A DNA stretch of 63,396 nucleotides from Polymyxa betae A26-41. Its lineage: Eukaryota; Protista; Endomyxa: Phytomyxea. A program made the position numbers and the translations under genes. A model generated the notes under the pieces. The model was given only the letters and a program-made list of their open reading frames with translations. It ran no database searches and had not been told where the DNA came from. Below are positions 37,874-50,852 of the stretch, one piece after another. Every line of letters begins with the position of its first letter. The first letter of the stretch is position 1. Location of the stretch: the NCBI GenBank assembly GCA_003693705.1, contig RBZT01000122.1, positions 1 to 63,396 on the forward strand, in the 5' to 3' direction.

Positions 37874-39233
37874 TTAGGTTGATACGAAGATGTTCAGACT
37901 CGCCATCAGCGTCTCGATCGACTCCGAATCCTTTGATTGTTCCGAACGCTGTCGTAAGATGGAATCGAGATGAGCGCGAGCCGGGCCGCAATGTGCTACC
38001 AGGCGCTGCAATAATCGCGCAGCGAGCTGATCGCCCTGATCGACGTCTTTCATCAGATACGGGACGATATGCAGGCAGCTGAATGCAGCTTCGCTACCGT
38101 CGACGTCATCGATCAGGACGGCAAGTGCGGCGTAGACATGCTCATGGGCGTCGTCGGCCGTGACGTGACGGTTAACGACGCGAGCGGTGGCTCGAGGACC
38201 CAGCACCTGACGTAATGTCGCCGGATCGCTCAGAAGCTCCTGGCCTGCGACGAACAGCGCCGCGTCCATTTCGCAGATATGGCGCAGGGCGATGGCCGCA
38301 TTCGTTCGCATGCTGTTATCGGTATGGTGCCGGACGATATCGCAGAGCAGGGCGATGGTCGAAGACGACTTCGACGCCGCTTCTTTGCCTCGCAGAGAAA
38401 CCGCCAACGCCATCAAGACGCCGGCGGCCGTTTTCGCGAGTTTCGTGCAGGGATGAGACAGCAGCGGCGTGACGGCGTCGACGGCGCCGGCTTCAATGAG
38501 AAGGTCGCGCGCGTCGGCGCAATTCGACATGTTCCAGATGCAGCGCGCTACCAGCAACTGCTCCTCGGCGGACGGCGCCGAATCCAGCAGCGCCAGCATC
38601 TGTTTATAATCGTTGAGGACGGCAGCCGTCGCGCGATCTGTATCACTATGAACAACAGAATGGATGGAAAAGCGATTCGGTTACAGGGCAGCAGCGATGC
38701 CAAGCAAGCAGCGATCTCGCAGGCGACCTTGGCGTTGGCGTCGAATAGGCAAAGCAGCAGACGGCTGATGACCTTCTTCGGCTTGAGAAGGTCGTTGAAG
38801 GAATCGGGAGCGTCGGCCAGGCGTCGTAAAGCACGCGCGGCGACCAATCGAACCTGCGGTTTGTTCGCCGTTAAGCCGTCGAGAATCAAATCGACGCCTT
38901 CGACCTGAAGGTCGTCAGAAAGAGCGGAGATCTCAGAAAATAACAGACTTCGTGAATGAAGGTGAGACGAGCTTCGAATAGGTTCAGCAAACGATGCAGA
39001 AGACGCCAGAGCAGAACGACGACCTCGCTATTACTGCTGACTTCGGTCTGAGTTAGCCAGAAGCGGATGTCGTGTAAGGCGCCCAGATCGTTGGCGATGA
39101 TATGCGCTTCGGCATCGCCAAACATTGGGACGAGCGATGTCAACGTCTCCTGCAAAGCATCGACGCCGAGCTGGCGATTGTGTAGGGCGTCAAGCAGGGC
39201 GGTGAACGGGCTGATGCCAGATTTGACGAGCAT
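37874..39233 (-). CDS. Armadillo-repeat protein, radial spoke protein 14 (RSPH14/RTDR1)-like
   Basis: ARM repeats; AAGVLMALAVSLRGKEAA...NAAIALRHICE resembles the RSPH14 C-terminal repeats. Confidence 0.6.
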
Positions 39234-39371
39234 TGCGAAAGGGGTTTGATGAGGTCGTCGTGTGTGACCGGATGTGAGGGCGGCTTAGGAAGTTCTCGAT
39301 TAACGCAATGCGAGAACCCATAACAAGAGATAACCAGCGAATTGATCATGACATGACTCAACTCGGGAGGA

Positions 39372-40914
39372 TCAAAAGTGAACGATACTGTACCTTTGGT
39401 CATCGAAATTTTTGAACAATGCTGCTAAATATCCCATTGAGATGAAAAAGTGCGCGCATCTTTTCAAAAATCCGCGATGGCTTGTTTTGCCGAAAATGTT
39501 GAATTGTGCAAAGAATCTTCGAAAAGAGTTTATAGAGCCTACGCAATACAGGATCTCTAATCTCGTGTATTTTTGAGCGAGTTCGTCTTTATTTTGATAA
39601 TTTCTTTTATTCGGATTTGCATACAGTAGAACCATAATCATAGCACATCTGGTCGATGCACCTGATGATGCCATGCAACTTAGATATGTAGGATTTTCTT
39701 GTAATGGCGTCTATCACTACTGTTTTTTTTTCTATATCATCCCAGCTCAGTTCACATGCTCTATATGAATGCGTGTTTGCGGCTTCAAGGCATTCTTAAG
39801 ACAGCCCTATAAGATTGAATAGTCAATAGTCTCAGTGCGATACTTGTTGCCTCTGGTGTTTCAATGTATTGGCTGTCAGACAGTTTACGAAATCCAGTAA
39901 TTGTACTCAGTATTATTTCGTTGCCTATATTTTTCATATCAAAGCCTTTCCTAAATTCAACTCTTCTGATTTTGCAGTCCATACATGGATCCTCTTTGTC
40001 CATGTCATTCCGTAGTCCATCATCATTAAATGGTTCTATACATTCTGTATCTGGTTCATCATAGTCGTTGTTATCATAACCGTACTTTGTCCAAATTATC
40101 CGAGTAGTTATGAACTCACTTTTTTCAAATCCTAAAAGACCGAAGGTCGGGGATGGGGGACGTTCGAGGCTGCAAAAGTTGCCATCGTGGCAATGCAGGA
40201 GAGTTTTAGTGAACGTTTATAATCGTTTGTAATTTTTTTTAACGCAACAATGGGGCATTCGGAAAGATACGATTACTCTGAAAACCTGCAGTCGCTTCCC
40301 GACGGGACCTCATTCGGGTCAAGCACGATAAGATGCTTAGGGTCGGCGACGATTCCTGCTTTCTGAGCAATAGAACGCAGACAAGGTCGGTCGAGAATAT
40401 GATGTGGAATAACGACGGTACAACACCCACCGTCATCAACAGGTAGAAATCCATATAAGTTGCCTTTGGTGAACGCATAAAGACTGAACATATACTGCCA
40501 TTCCTTCTCGGAAAATTTGTTTTTCAGCTCCTTACATGGCGCTTTATACAGTCTTTTGATATCGCCGAAAGTTGGCCGAGAATATTTCGGAGCGAACTGA
40601 AAAATCTCATGCAATTTTATAGCAACAGACAACAGGTAAAGGCTCGCATCAATCTTGCTCGTGCCCTCCTTATAGCGTTTGTGCTGGGGTTTTGATATCT
40701 TGCTACTATCGTATTCAATATTAGTATACATTCAGAAACAACCAAGGGCCAGTTCTAGGCAAATTTTGGCAAGCGTACCAGATGGGGCAGGGGCAGCGTC
40801 GGCGAAACAGCACCCGATATTTATGCCGAAATTAGAAGACCCGCACTTGCGACAAGCCTGCTTGCCATTCGAGAGCTCGTAATAATGATGTGGATGGATG
40901 AGCAGATTTACCAT
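39372..40914 (-). pseudogene. Decayed, apparently intronless ORF of about 1.5 kb, origin unknown (possibly viral or TE)
   Basis: ORFs 40914-40732 and 40731-40273 abut in the same frame across single stops. Further coding-like segments continue through frameshifts near A-runs to 39372. More AT-rich than the flanking genes. Confidence 0.55.
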
Positions 40915-41255
40915 TACGATCGATTCTGATCAATGAACAATGGAAAACAAGTCCGTGACCAGATATCATATAATAACATTTGACATTCAGACCCCTGAAT
41001 CACCGTTTTTTGAAAATCCCAGTGAGATGAAAAACTGCGTGATGTATTCCAACATTCTGCGCAGGCTTGATTTGCCGAAAATTAAATACAGGTGTGAAAA
41101 GTGGAATTGTGCGAAGAAACTCTGAAAAGAGTTCATCAAGACCTCGCAGTTTTGAATACATGAATGAACGCACTAATGTTGTTTGGGCCGTGGCGGAGTG
41201 CGCCCGCGATCCCATCGTGAGCTCATAATCGAGGGGCTCTCGCGTTTCAAGCATC

Positions 41256-42075
41256 ATGAGCAAGCTGTCCAGTGATACCGTTCGCGAGAACGTCAAGAAG
41301 ATCCTGGCCGCCGCCCAGGAGAAGAAGCGTAACTTCACCGAGACCATCGAGCTTCAGATCGCCCTGAAGAACTACGATGCCGCTCGTGACAAGCGTATTG
41401 CTGGTAAGCCTGAGTCATTGCTTTCTTTCTCCAACATGATGAGTTTCGCTGTGTCGCCCCAATCGGACTATGTTTTGTCGAGAACAACAGCACTGACATT
41501 TCACTTTTATCAAATCATGTCTTCTTTGGTGTCTGTATATTAATTCGTTTATAGGTCAGGTGAAGCTGCCTGTTGTCCCTAAGCCCAAGTCTCGTGTCTG
41601 CATTCTTGGTGATGCTCGTACCTGTGACGTCGCCAAGGAAAAGGGTCTCGAGTACATGTCGGAAGACGACCTGACCAAGTTGAACCGTAACAAGAAGCTG
41701 GTCAAGAAGCTGGCTCAGCGCTACGACGCTTTCCTTGCCTCCGCCTCGCTGATCAAGAAGATTCCTCGTTTATTGGGTCCCACCCTGAACAAGGTCGGCA
41801 AGTTCCCTGGTGTCCTGGCTCCCAACGCCGACCCCGCCGAGAAAGTTGCTGAGATTTCGTCCACGATCAAGTTCAACTTGCGTATCAAGAAGGATCGCCC
41901 AATGTGCATGGGAACGGCCGTTGCCAACGTCAGCATGTCCGAGGATGACATCGCCATCAACGTCACCTTGGCTGTCAACTTCATGGTGTCGCTGCTCAAG
42001 AAGAAGTGGCACAACGTTAAGCGTCTGTATTTGAAGAGCACCATGGGTCCGGCTTTCAAGATCTATGGTTTCTAA
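41256..42075 (+). CDS. RPL10A: 60S ribosomal protein uL1 (L10a)
   Basis: [55 protein letters not shown]; one intron at 41404-41554. Confidence 0.97.
41432..41499 (+). ncRNA. Intronic box C/D snoRNA, SNORD31(U31)/snR67-like (guides LSU rRNA P-loop Gm)
   Basis: C box ATGATGA 41436-41442, guide TGTGTCGCCCCAAT, D' box CGGA 41464-41467, D box CTGA 41493-41496. The guide pairs with conserved LSU UGGGGCGGCACA, and its +5 base pairs with the G equivalent to E. coli G2251. Confidence 0.85.
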
Positions 42076-42669
42076 GCAGCTCTTGCGAGCTTTGTATCTT
42101 TACCAACTGGATTCGATTTCAATCCGTTGGGAGCGAGAGCCCCGCTAATAAATATCGTCGTATGAACTAATCTGTGTGAGAATATAGCATATAACTATAG
42201 AGATAGATTATTGGTACTGTTGTCGGTTTATCTAGTATTGACTCGATAAATAAGCATGATTTGTTGGAACGGAGAATTATTGCAGAAACAGCAACTTGCT
42301 ATATACATAAACACACAATTAACATTAAATATCCAGATGGGAAGGGATGTGGGGTCGCGTTCTCAGACTGGAATACCTCCAATCAGTCTCTATAGGAAGA
42401 GCAGTTTTTGATCTTGGTCTTGAAGATTTGAATTGCCTTAAGCTGCCTTCAAATGAGTCCGATAATTTTGTGCTTCTGGAATCCTTCGAGCTGAAGTGGT
42501 TTGGGTTAAAATCTACCACAAATGAGTCGTGTGCAGGCTTGGATGCCTCGGACCTAACGAATTCAGGTTACCAGACAGCGTAGACAAATATACAAAAAAA
42601 ATGTAAACGGATGGAAAATGCTATCAAGTGGCTAACTACTATATGGTATATAAAGAGGCTGAATTGAGC

Positions 42670-44141
42670 TTACATGACGGGCCGAAGCCAGGGATGCTTC
42701 AGATGCTGCCGCGCTGAGACTCGCAGACTTGGGTCCAGATGCAGCATCGGTATTAAGAAAGCCGCTATCTCCATAGCGTCAGAATGTCGGAATCCATAGC
42801 TTTCTACAAGTATTTCATGCAAGTGCCACTGAGTCAACTCAGGAATGCGTCGTAGCCTGCCATCTGGAAGGAAATAATGCTGTCCTAATGGGGACCTGAT
42901 GAGATTCTGAGTTGCAGTACCCAGAATTTCAGCTATTAAAGCAACATGGTCATCATCCCTAAAGCAGATCAGCCTTGAGAAAACGCCAATTTGACAAAAG
43001 CAAAACCTCGACACTCTGGCATTCTCATTCGGTTTTGGATCAAATAAGTAATGCCCAGTAAGCAATTCAAAGGCAATGCATCCCAGCGACCAAATATCGG
43101 CTGCACAACCATCTAAAATGGAGTAAGGAAACAATTTTTAAAGCCCATAATCAACTCACAGAAGCTCCTGACGAGAACTTCAGGTGCGCGATATTGCCTT
43201 GTAGTTATATATTCGCTATGGCGATCGAAGGCATGGCAAGCATTGCCCAAATCAGCGATCTTTATAACTGGAGAAGGGAAACTGAATCCATCTTCCGACC
43301 ACATACTCTCGTCGCTCTTGCGATAACGCCCTTCAGCTAAAGCATTCATAACCTCATTGCTTTTGGTAAGAATGTTTTCGGGTTTCAGATCAGTGTGAAT
43401 CACATGACATTGACGATGAAGGAAATCAAGCCCCCTAAGAGCATCACGAACAATAAGTTTTACACTCGACATCGGAACCCTTTTGTTAGGGCTGTTCTTG
43501 ATCAGATCGAAGAGGTTGCCGCCTAATGGCTCCATTATCGTACAAATATGCTTTCCTCCAGATCCCATAACGTCAAATCGACCCAGCATTTTAACTACTG
43601 GGAGATGCACAGTGGGAATATTCATCGACTTTGAGACGGTATCGATTCGTTGCAGAATTTTAATTTCTTCGAGAGCCGAGTCTAAATATTGTTTCTGACC
43701 CCTCTGAAATTTGATAGCAACATGACTGCACGGAGGCTTCATTTCGTAGGAAAACGACTGAAGATCCGCTGCAAGCCATACTGTTGAAAAATGTCCCCAT
43801 CCAAGTTTCTTGACGATCATATAACGTTTTTGGTACAACTGGCCACGATAGACCTATCTAAACATCAAAACTGGTAGCGAGGATAATAGAGAAAGAATTA
43901 CGCAATGAAATCCGCCTTCGTGGTAATTATTCAAACCTTCCTCACTGCGAAGCAGCTTATCAAGATTATAAAGCTCGTGTATGGTCTTTCCACTATGGTA
44001 ATAGGCGAATGCATCGGCGTAAATAGGATCCGATTCCGATACAGCAAATTCGACATGACGCTGAGCATAATTTGGTTTGAACAACTGCCCTTCTGACTTT
44101 AACGACCGCGAATCCGGCTTCGACAGAGAGCTATGACCCAT
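42670..44141 (-). CDS. SR-protein kinase (SRPK/Sky1-like)
   Basis: YHEGGFH, KKLGWGHFSTVWLA, HTDLKPEN, KIADLGNAC, TRQYRAPEV, ELLTGHYLFDP; 5' start uncertain. Confidence 0.9.
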
Positions 44142-44460
44142 CAACGACCCCAAGCTATGCCGGCGGTTGCAAGGTTGATCACGTCCAAGAAATCGGCCCC
44201 CGCTCGGCGCGGCCAGAATGGCAATTTGAAGGCGGCGGTGAAATGACGACTATCTGAAAGAGAGACAGAAAGCGCTCTGAGAGATTGAGTGTGTGTTGGT
44301 GGCAGCAGTCAGTCAGTATGCGACTGTGTACGTTACGTGTAGAGTGTCACCCACGACGTGGCCCGGCCTGTTATCCCTGTCATTGGAAGTTTGTATGAAT
44401 GTCCTTGATAGAGACGGGTTCATACCGATTACCGAGCCGATATCGGATACCTAAATCAAG

Positions 44461-45811
44461 ATGGCGACCGGCCCTGCAGGACGCCAGATCATCGTCAAGG
44501 TAAGCGCAATCGTCGTGTAAGGAATTAGCGCGATAGCGGGATCTTCATAAAAATTTGCGTTTCAAAAGCGAGCGGTAATCAAATATTCAGTTTCTAAATC
44601 ATGATTGCCAATAAATAGTTTCCCATTTTTTTATATAATTTCGTTAACGCGAGAGAGAATAAGCTAGAAACAGTTTCACAATGTAAGGTAGCTGTGAAAA
44701 CCAAACCATTCTTAGCGAAGCTGTTAAACCCTCCTAGCAGCAACCTGTAACCCGCCTTACAGATCGAGCATGTCGACGCTAGCATAGCTTCATGCGAAGG
44801 CCCGACGCCCTCTCCCTTGGGATTCCTTCTAGCAATTCTGCCTTCAATCGTCTCAATCGAGTCATCAAGAATGCTGTCGACTGTAGCCTGCGTAGGAGGA
44901 GGCCGCATCGCCTCATTACAACTTCCCATTTTAGATGTCACTGATATCGGGCTAGCCTTTATTCAGCTGTAGTCGGCAAGCATATAGCCTATATGGCTCC
45001 GATCGGTGGCATCTTCATTAAGCTTGGCTCGTTAGCGGTTCGAATGTTGGCGAAACCGGTCTCGAAGGTGCCAAATTTGTCGAAGTGTCTTTGTCAGGCT
45101 TCTGAATCAGCCTGATAGACGTTTGTACAACAATCCAAAACGCATCCCACATGGAGGTAAAACGTTTGCTGTTTCGGATAATTTGCTGTTTATGAAAATC
45201 ACCAATACAGAGCAATTTTTGTCAATTTCGGCCAGTTTCATCACAAAGTGCAATATAAATTCCAGGTATCAAAAATCTATTTTACTGTCATGAAGAGTTC
45301 GAACAATTTGTAGGCTCGCTTATTAGGACACAGAGTAAAGACGGTGAAACCTCTTGAAGAAGAGAAAGCTCTGGAAGTAGGAACAGGTCGGTTGTTTACA
45401 AATCGCCGCCACTATTGCCTCGAAACGACGTTGTTTCCAGACACTATTAGTGAACTGATCGTGTTCGGTGTTGCCGGACTCTGCATCTCTCTGGAAGTTT
45501 ACCGGAATATTCGTGCATCTGAGAAAGCGAAGCTTGCCGAAGAAGAGGAAGAGCGTCAAGAGAAACAGGTTGGTTGGTTTCCTGTGCCTGTCTCTGTCGC
45601 TTTGAATGGCCTCTTTATTGAGCACCTTCTTGTTTCAACCTTGAGCGATCCTTTATAATATTGGTCCTAGGCAATGCTAGATCGATTCGCAGCTATCGAA
45701 TCCGAGATTGGAGAATTGAAGGAGAAACAAGCAACGATGGTGCGGTCGTTGGAAGATTCGATAGCGGAGCTGAGGTCCTTCACATCGACAATCCGATCCA
45801 GTCCCAAATAG
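44461..45811 (+). CDS. OPA3: OPA3-like mitochondrial protein (start at 44461 via a long first intron, or at 44993)
   Basis: KLGSLAVRMLAKPVSK...GQFHHK...VKPLEEEKALEVG(T)DTISELIVFGVAGLCISLEVYR followed by a coiled coil; stop TAG at 45811. Confidence 0.82.
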
Positions 45812-45899
45812 CAACTCCAATCACTGCCTTCTCTTGGCCATTGTACTATCTAATACCATTTTAAGCTGATCGTAAGTTATATCGGGAAATATAATACAC

Positions 45900-46980
45900 T
45901 CATAGAGCAAGAATCGTCAGACCTGTATTGATCTCGAAACGATTTGGCTTATGTCGTGAATCGCAAGTCGATTGCCTTCCGTTCCGCATACTAGCAACGG
46001 AGAATTCGGCTGAGAAAGATGTGCTAGCCCCATGCTCCAGATTGCTACCGAGCTCGAATAGCAGCTGCCGTGATTTGATGTCCCATAATCGGGATTGGAG
46101 GTGCCGGCCGCTAATTCTGTCATCGATAGCCGCATCAAACACCCAACCGCCGTGCTCCAGCTCGTATCCGATTTGCTTGCCTTCAGATTGAACTCAGCAG
46201 ACGGAAATCATCCATAGCAACTGATCAGAAATCGTCGACAGCAGAGGTGTAAACTGGTCTAAGAAAGTTTTCAAAGTCGCACCGGTTACAATATTGTATT
46301 GTAGCCAACATGAATCATAACCACCGAGGCCAACGGTGTTATCGTCGATGAAACCGGATACACAAATCTAGTGGAGTTTGAGAGATGAGTCGCAGATCCC
46401 AAAACCGAACAGATCCGTCTTTAGACCCTGGAGCTAGGATTGTGCTGCTGTTATTAACAGCTGGACTATTAACGTCTACATTATGCCCTTAGGGTTGACA
46501 TCACCCACACGAACATCGAAAATTTTGATGCGACAATCCTAGGAGACAGAAGCGACTTCGAATAAAACCAATTCAAGATCCACAAAGAACCCACCTGTGC
46601 TGTTCATATCAAACTCTCTAGATAGTAAAGCACCTTGGTTCCAGCGGCGGCTATCGAGACGCCTTCACGGATTTCGCCACGATCTTGGGCGCCTTGTTTT
46701 TTGACATTGACGATTCTGCGACGTCAGCATCCCAAACATAAACATCTTGGCCGGATGCAGAGGCCAACGTCGAAGTCTTCCTGGCTGTAAAGAAGCGCGA
46801 ACGCGAAGCGCTGGTAAAAGTGCTTAAAAAAATGACGGTCGCCATAAACGGTGCCATCGAAGGACGACGACACGGTCCAATCGGAATGCGCCCATTAAAC
46901 AGTATCAACCCAGCGAGTATGGCCAGATAGAAAGCAAACGCTTCGGTCATCAGCTCCATCATCAATAAACGTCTCAATTA
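45900..46980 (-). pseudogene. WD40-repeat pseudogene
   Basis: WD units GHTRWVDTV*WAHSDWTVSSSFDGTV, LASASGQDVYVWD, VASVS*DCRIKIFDVR and GHNVDVNS...GSKDGSVRFWDLR, interrupted by stops (46895, 46539) and a stop/frameshift near 46490. Confidence 0.65.
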
Positions 46981-47447
46981 GAGCTCTTGTCGGAATGATT
47001 TAATTCTCAGTTTCGTTCCATGATATTGTCAAATTGCAGTGAAAGCAGCGACGATCTCAATAATTTCAGGTCTGTTACAATGGTTTTAACCCGCAGTGTC
47101 AGTAGTTAGATAAACTGGATTCCAGGAAGCACGGTGCGACTTTATCAAATCAGCACATGCGGCAAAATGTGCAAACTGACCTCGCAGAATCGAGTTCGGA
47201 ATCTCAACTGAGCCGAATTCAATCACCCATTATATTATCACAGCATCCAGAAATAAAAACTGATTTTGATCTGACCAGTAGTAGAGCTATCAGCGACAAA
47301 CTTGTTAAAACTGTTCTGACTTGAGGCTCAAGGGGAAGCACGACAAAGGTACAGAAGTTCAATCATTTAGTCTAGAGCGGCAGTAATTGAACGAATAAGC
47401 AAGTACATAAATATACGCTCATTTACTAATGACACGATAATGTCAGA

Positions 47448-49630
47448 TTACATAATCAGTGGATACAAAACGTCTGCAGGCAATCGTGGGAATATTGGAG
47501 GAACAGGAGGGACAACAGTTGTAGAGCCGCCGTCTGGTATGGTGATGAATGTCGCTGTTGACTTTAACTCGAAATTCTGTTTCTGTGTATCACTGAGCGT
47601 TTTCATGCGCCATCTGAAACGCAGCTTAGTGCAAATATTAAGCAAAACGGGAGACCAACGTCGTCGTTCCAAAGCGAAGCCTTGCCGCCAGAATTTTGGA
47701 TTGCGGATTTGAGACGGAGCCGAGCGTAGCAGTTACGAATTCGATATTGATAGAATTCACGATTCCAGAGCACGATCGCGTTGCACTTGACCAAGTCTAG
47801 ATCAAGCAAATTAGCATGTCAGACAAGATGGATGCAAGCAGCGTACGAAAGAAGCGGGTGGCGTTTCCTGTTCAAGTTGTATCCAAGTGCCAACATCAGT
47901 GTAGCTGGAGCTGCCCCATTGGCCGATGTACAATGGATTGTTAACCGTCAGATAGCTGAAAAGCTGCCCGGATTGGCAGGCGCTTTGAAGCTCGGTAGCC
48001 GACAATGATATCAAGCAAGATGACTGCAACGATTCATTAAATCCGACAGAAACATGACCTGCGTTTGAGCAGGAAGTCGACGGTCCTGGACCATCATTAA
48101 TTCACCAAACATTAACAATTTTTTCACAGCCTACCCAGCACAGTTAAACCACCAATATATTGTTTAATCGCCTGTTTGCCAGAAACAGTCACAAGCTGGC
48201 CAGCTAGAACCGGATATCCCATCAAGTATCCCGGGTTGCCAGATTTTCCACGGCCCGTATCAGTCGGATCCCAGCTCTAAACCGGCGTCAGACAATTCAG
48301 TAGTCGCGCTGGTATTTATAAACCTTGAGGAAATCCACACTGAATGTTTGGTCGATTTTTGCAGCTGGAGAAGCCGAGCAGGTTGTGATAGTGGCGACGT
48401 CTGAGACAACAATATCGGCAGCAGCGGATACAATCTGGCCGGTTTTATCATAGCTCAGCGTATACGAGACCTACAGAAATGAGTCGATCTGCTGAAAAAT
48501 AGATATTAGTATCACCTTCTTGAAGGCATTCTTACAGGTACAAGTCGGGGCATCATATGTAGGGGCTGGTACGCTTGGCAGCGAAGTCGTGATTCCGGTC
48601 GCTGGGTTTTGAAACGACACTGATCCGACGGTTACTGAAACATAGCTGGTGGCCACATCAGGCGTAGCCGTTGCCGACTAAATGGCATTTGAGCTGCTCC
48701 ATATAGATCAAGAGGCGACAATCGGTCAAGCTTACCTTGCCAATACGGAGCTTGGTAGACACCAAGGACGCATCCAGCTCTAACGTACAAGCCGAAGCTA
48801 TGTCGCTTACATATCGCGTGCAACTCGTCGTGCTTGATTGTTGAAATAGAGCGAAATTATTATCATCGCCTGTGGCTCCGAATAAGGAAAACAGCTCAAC
48901 AATGGAGAGCAACATACAGATAGCAGTTAATCCTGCCTTTGGCATTGGTAAGAACCCCGACCGAAAGGGCATTAGACCCCTCGGGCCTGTCAAAGCAGCT
49001 ACAATTGGCGATCCAGTCTGGTAATAGATCGATGCAGGAATCGAAGATGATGATGAAAGTGACTCGAAAGAAAACGGCTTCATCATGCGATAGGCGTTAA
49101 ACATAGTAGCCGTGATATCGCTGGGCGGAGCAGCGAAATAAATTCCTTGCACAGGACTGTTCACATCCTGCAGGGGATCAACAAAAGCGAGAGGAATAAA
49201 TGTGATATCATACCTGAACGCAGACCAAATTATCAACGAAACTGTAAACCAGCCCAGACCGGGCGTTCATATCCACCGATACAGCATCGACGCAGCGCTT
49301 AATGTTCAACTTAGCAGAGCTGTCGGGCAAGACGCTGGAGAACAGCTTCTGTTCTTCAGTTGAACAATCCAAATCACAGCTGCAGCCCGCATCACAAAGC
49401 GAATACGTCATATCGCATGTGCAGGGCCCTTACATGGAACATCATCGAACTGGCAAATGCCATGAATAGCTGCGATTACCGAGGTCTTGGATGAGAGACG
49501 CTTGCGTTGTGACACCAGTCACTATCGAATTCGGGTCAATCGCATACGTCGCATTCCACGCCACCGTCCTGGCCCGGACGGCGCCGGCCAGCACGGCTAC
49601 AATCCATGCAACATCCATCCATCCATGCAT
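47448..49630 (-). CDS. Tectonic-family ciliary transition-zone protein (multi-exon)
   Basis: Signal peptide, GPCTCDMTYSLCDAGCSCDLDCS, GNPGYLMGYPVLAG, C-terminal PRLPADVLYPL. Confidence 0.88.
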
Positions 49631-50148
49631 CGGTGCACAGAAATGAACTGCGGCAGCATGGAGCCAGGACGGCAGCCGTCACAGAAACGCTGACAAGACA
49701 TCCTCCCATGAAAGCGTTGCCGACCGCTGACGCCAAGTTCCGCCACATCGCGAACCAACATCGCGACCGACGCCATCGAAGCGAATAGACGAATGACGAA
49801 GGGGATGGCTGCGCCCACAGACACGCTTGCCATGGAACGCGGCGGGACCTGCGTTAGATGACAGAATTGACTGATGTGTCTGATGTGCTCACTGCTCACA
49901 GAGACAATGCGCGACGGTGCGTTCGCTGGCAGCTGCCTCTCACTCTGATCGATTACGTCGCCTTTGCGACTAGCGAGCAGTGGCGGCTCCGATCATGGGC
50001 CCGCTATCAACAATACACAGCTGTTGTCGGGGCTCTCCTCGTACCGGGCAGGACGACTTTGAAGATTTATTCGATCGTGAGAATATTAATTGTCGTTAAG
50101 CCGCGGGACGGGACCGGGGGGACAGCCGAGGGGCCAGCACCGCCTTGG

Positions 50149-50627
50149 TTACGGGTTCCGGAATACTTGCTTCCATATCCTCCTATCGGATTCCTCAGCG
50201 TCGTCCGGATTGACAGCCGGTGCCGGCTCGTCTCTGGATGACGTCGAGGCGTCGTCGTCTTGGTCTGCGGCGGCACTTGCCGAGACCGTCGATGTCACCA
50301 GCGAGCGTCCGGTCTCGAGATGGGCGTAGTCGTCAGTGCTGACGACCTCGCAGGGTCCTGAATAACGCCGAAATTCGTCGTAGGTTTGCTCAAGGCCATG
50401 GCTGGCGAATCGGGTCCATTTATCGTTATGACGAATCAATAGGGCGACCTGAGCATCGCACAAGACCGCCAGCTCGATCGATTTCTTCAACAGGCCAATC
50501 TGTCAAGAGGACAGCGTCAGCGACGACCCCATCGATCACCCCAACACACCTTCCGCTTTCGGAACGCGGCCGAACGCTTCTTTCCGATCGGCAGCGTCTG
50601 CAGTACGGTCCGGCTACGTCGTACCAT
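50149..50627 (-). CDS. MADS-box transcription factor (MEF2-type, divergent)
   Basis: Spliced RSAAFRKRK|IGLLKKSIELAVLCDAQVALLI...FAS; 3' end may extend through another intron. Confidence 0.85.
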
Positions 50628-50852
50628 AACATGGACCGCGACCTTGATGGTCGCAAAACGGTGTAAATGACAGCAGCTTCAGTCAAGCGGACTTGCGTAC
50701 GGCCCAGGTTGACCTGTCTCTGAGGCCTGTCGCCCAAACCCTAGTCGCTCCCAACTCGCCGTTCTTTCATCCACGTTGTATTGGAGCGGGCCACGCCTCC
50801 CTCTGATTAATCATTTCTCCGACTCGTCAACGATTAAACAACCGCTACGCGT

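Noticed and set aside
44830-44944. Mitochondrial bS21-like peptide (SAFNRLNRVIKNAV...RRRR)
   Set aside because: No plausible splice path or conserved Y/F-x-KP motif; probably chance similarity.
46539-46897. TAA/TAG-to-Gln genetic code reassignment suggested by in-frame stops in WD40 repeats
   Set aside because: Conserved genes here (RPL10A, nucleolin, p24, OPA3, ETFA) terminate at TAA/TAG in the expected places, and the WD40 locus also has frameshifts. A pseudogene is the simpler explanation.
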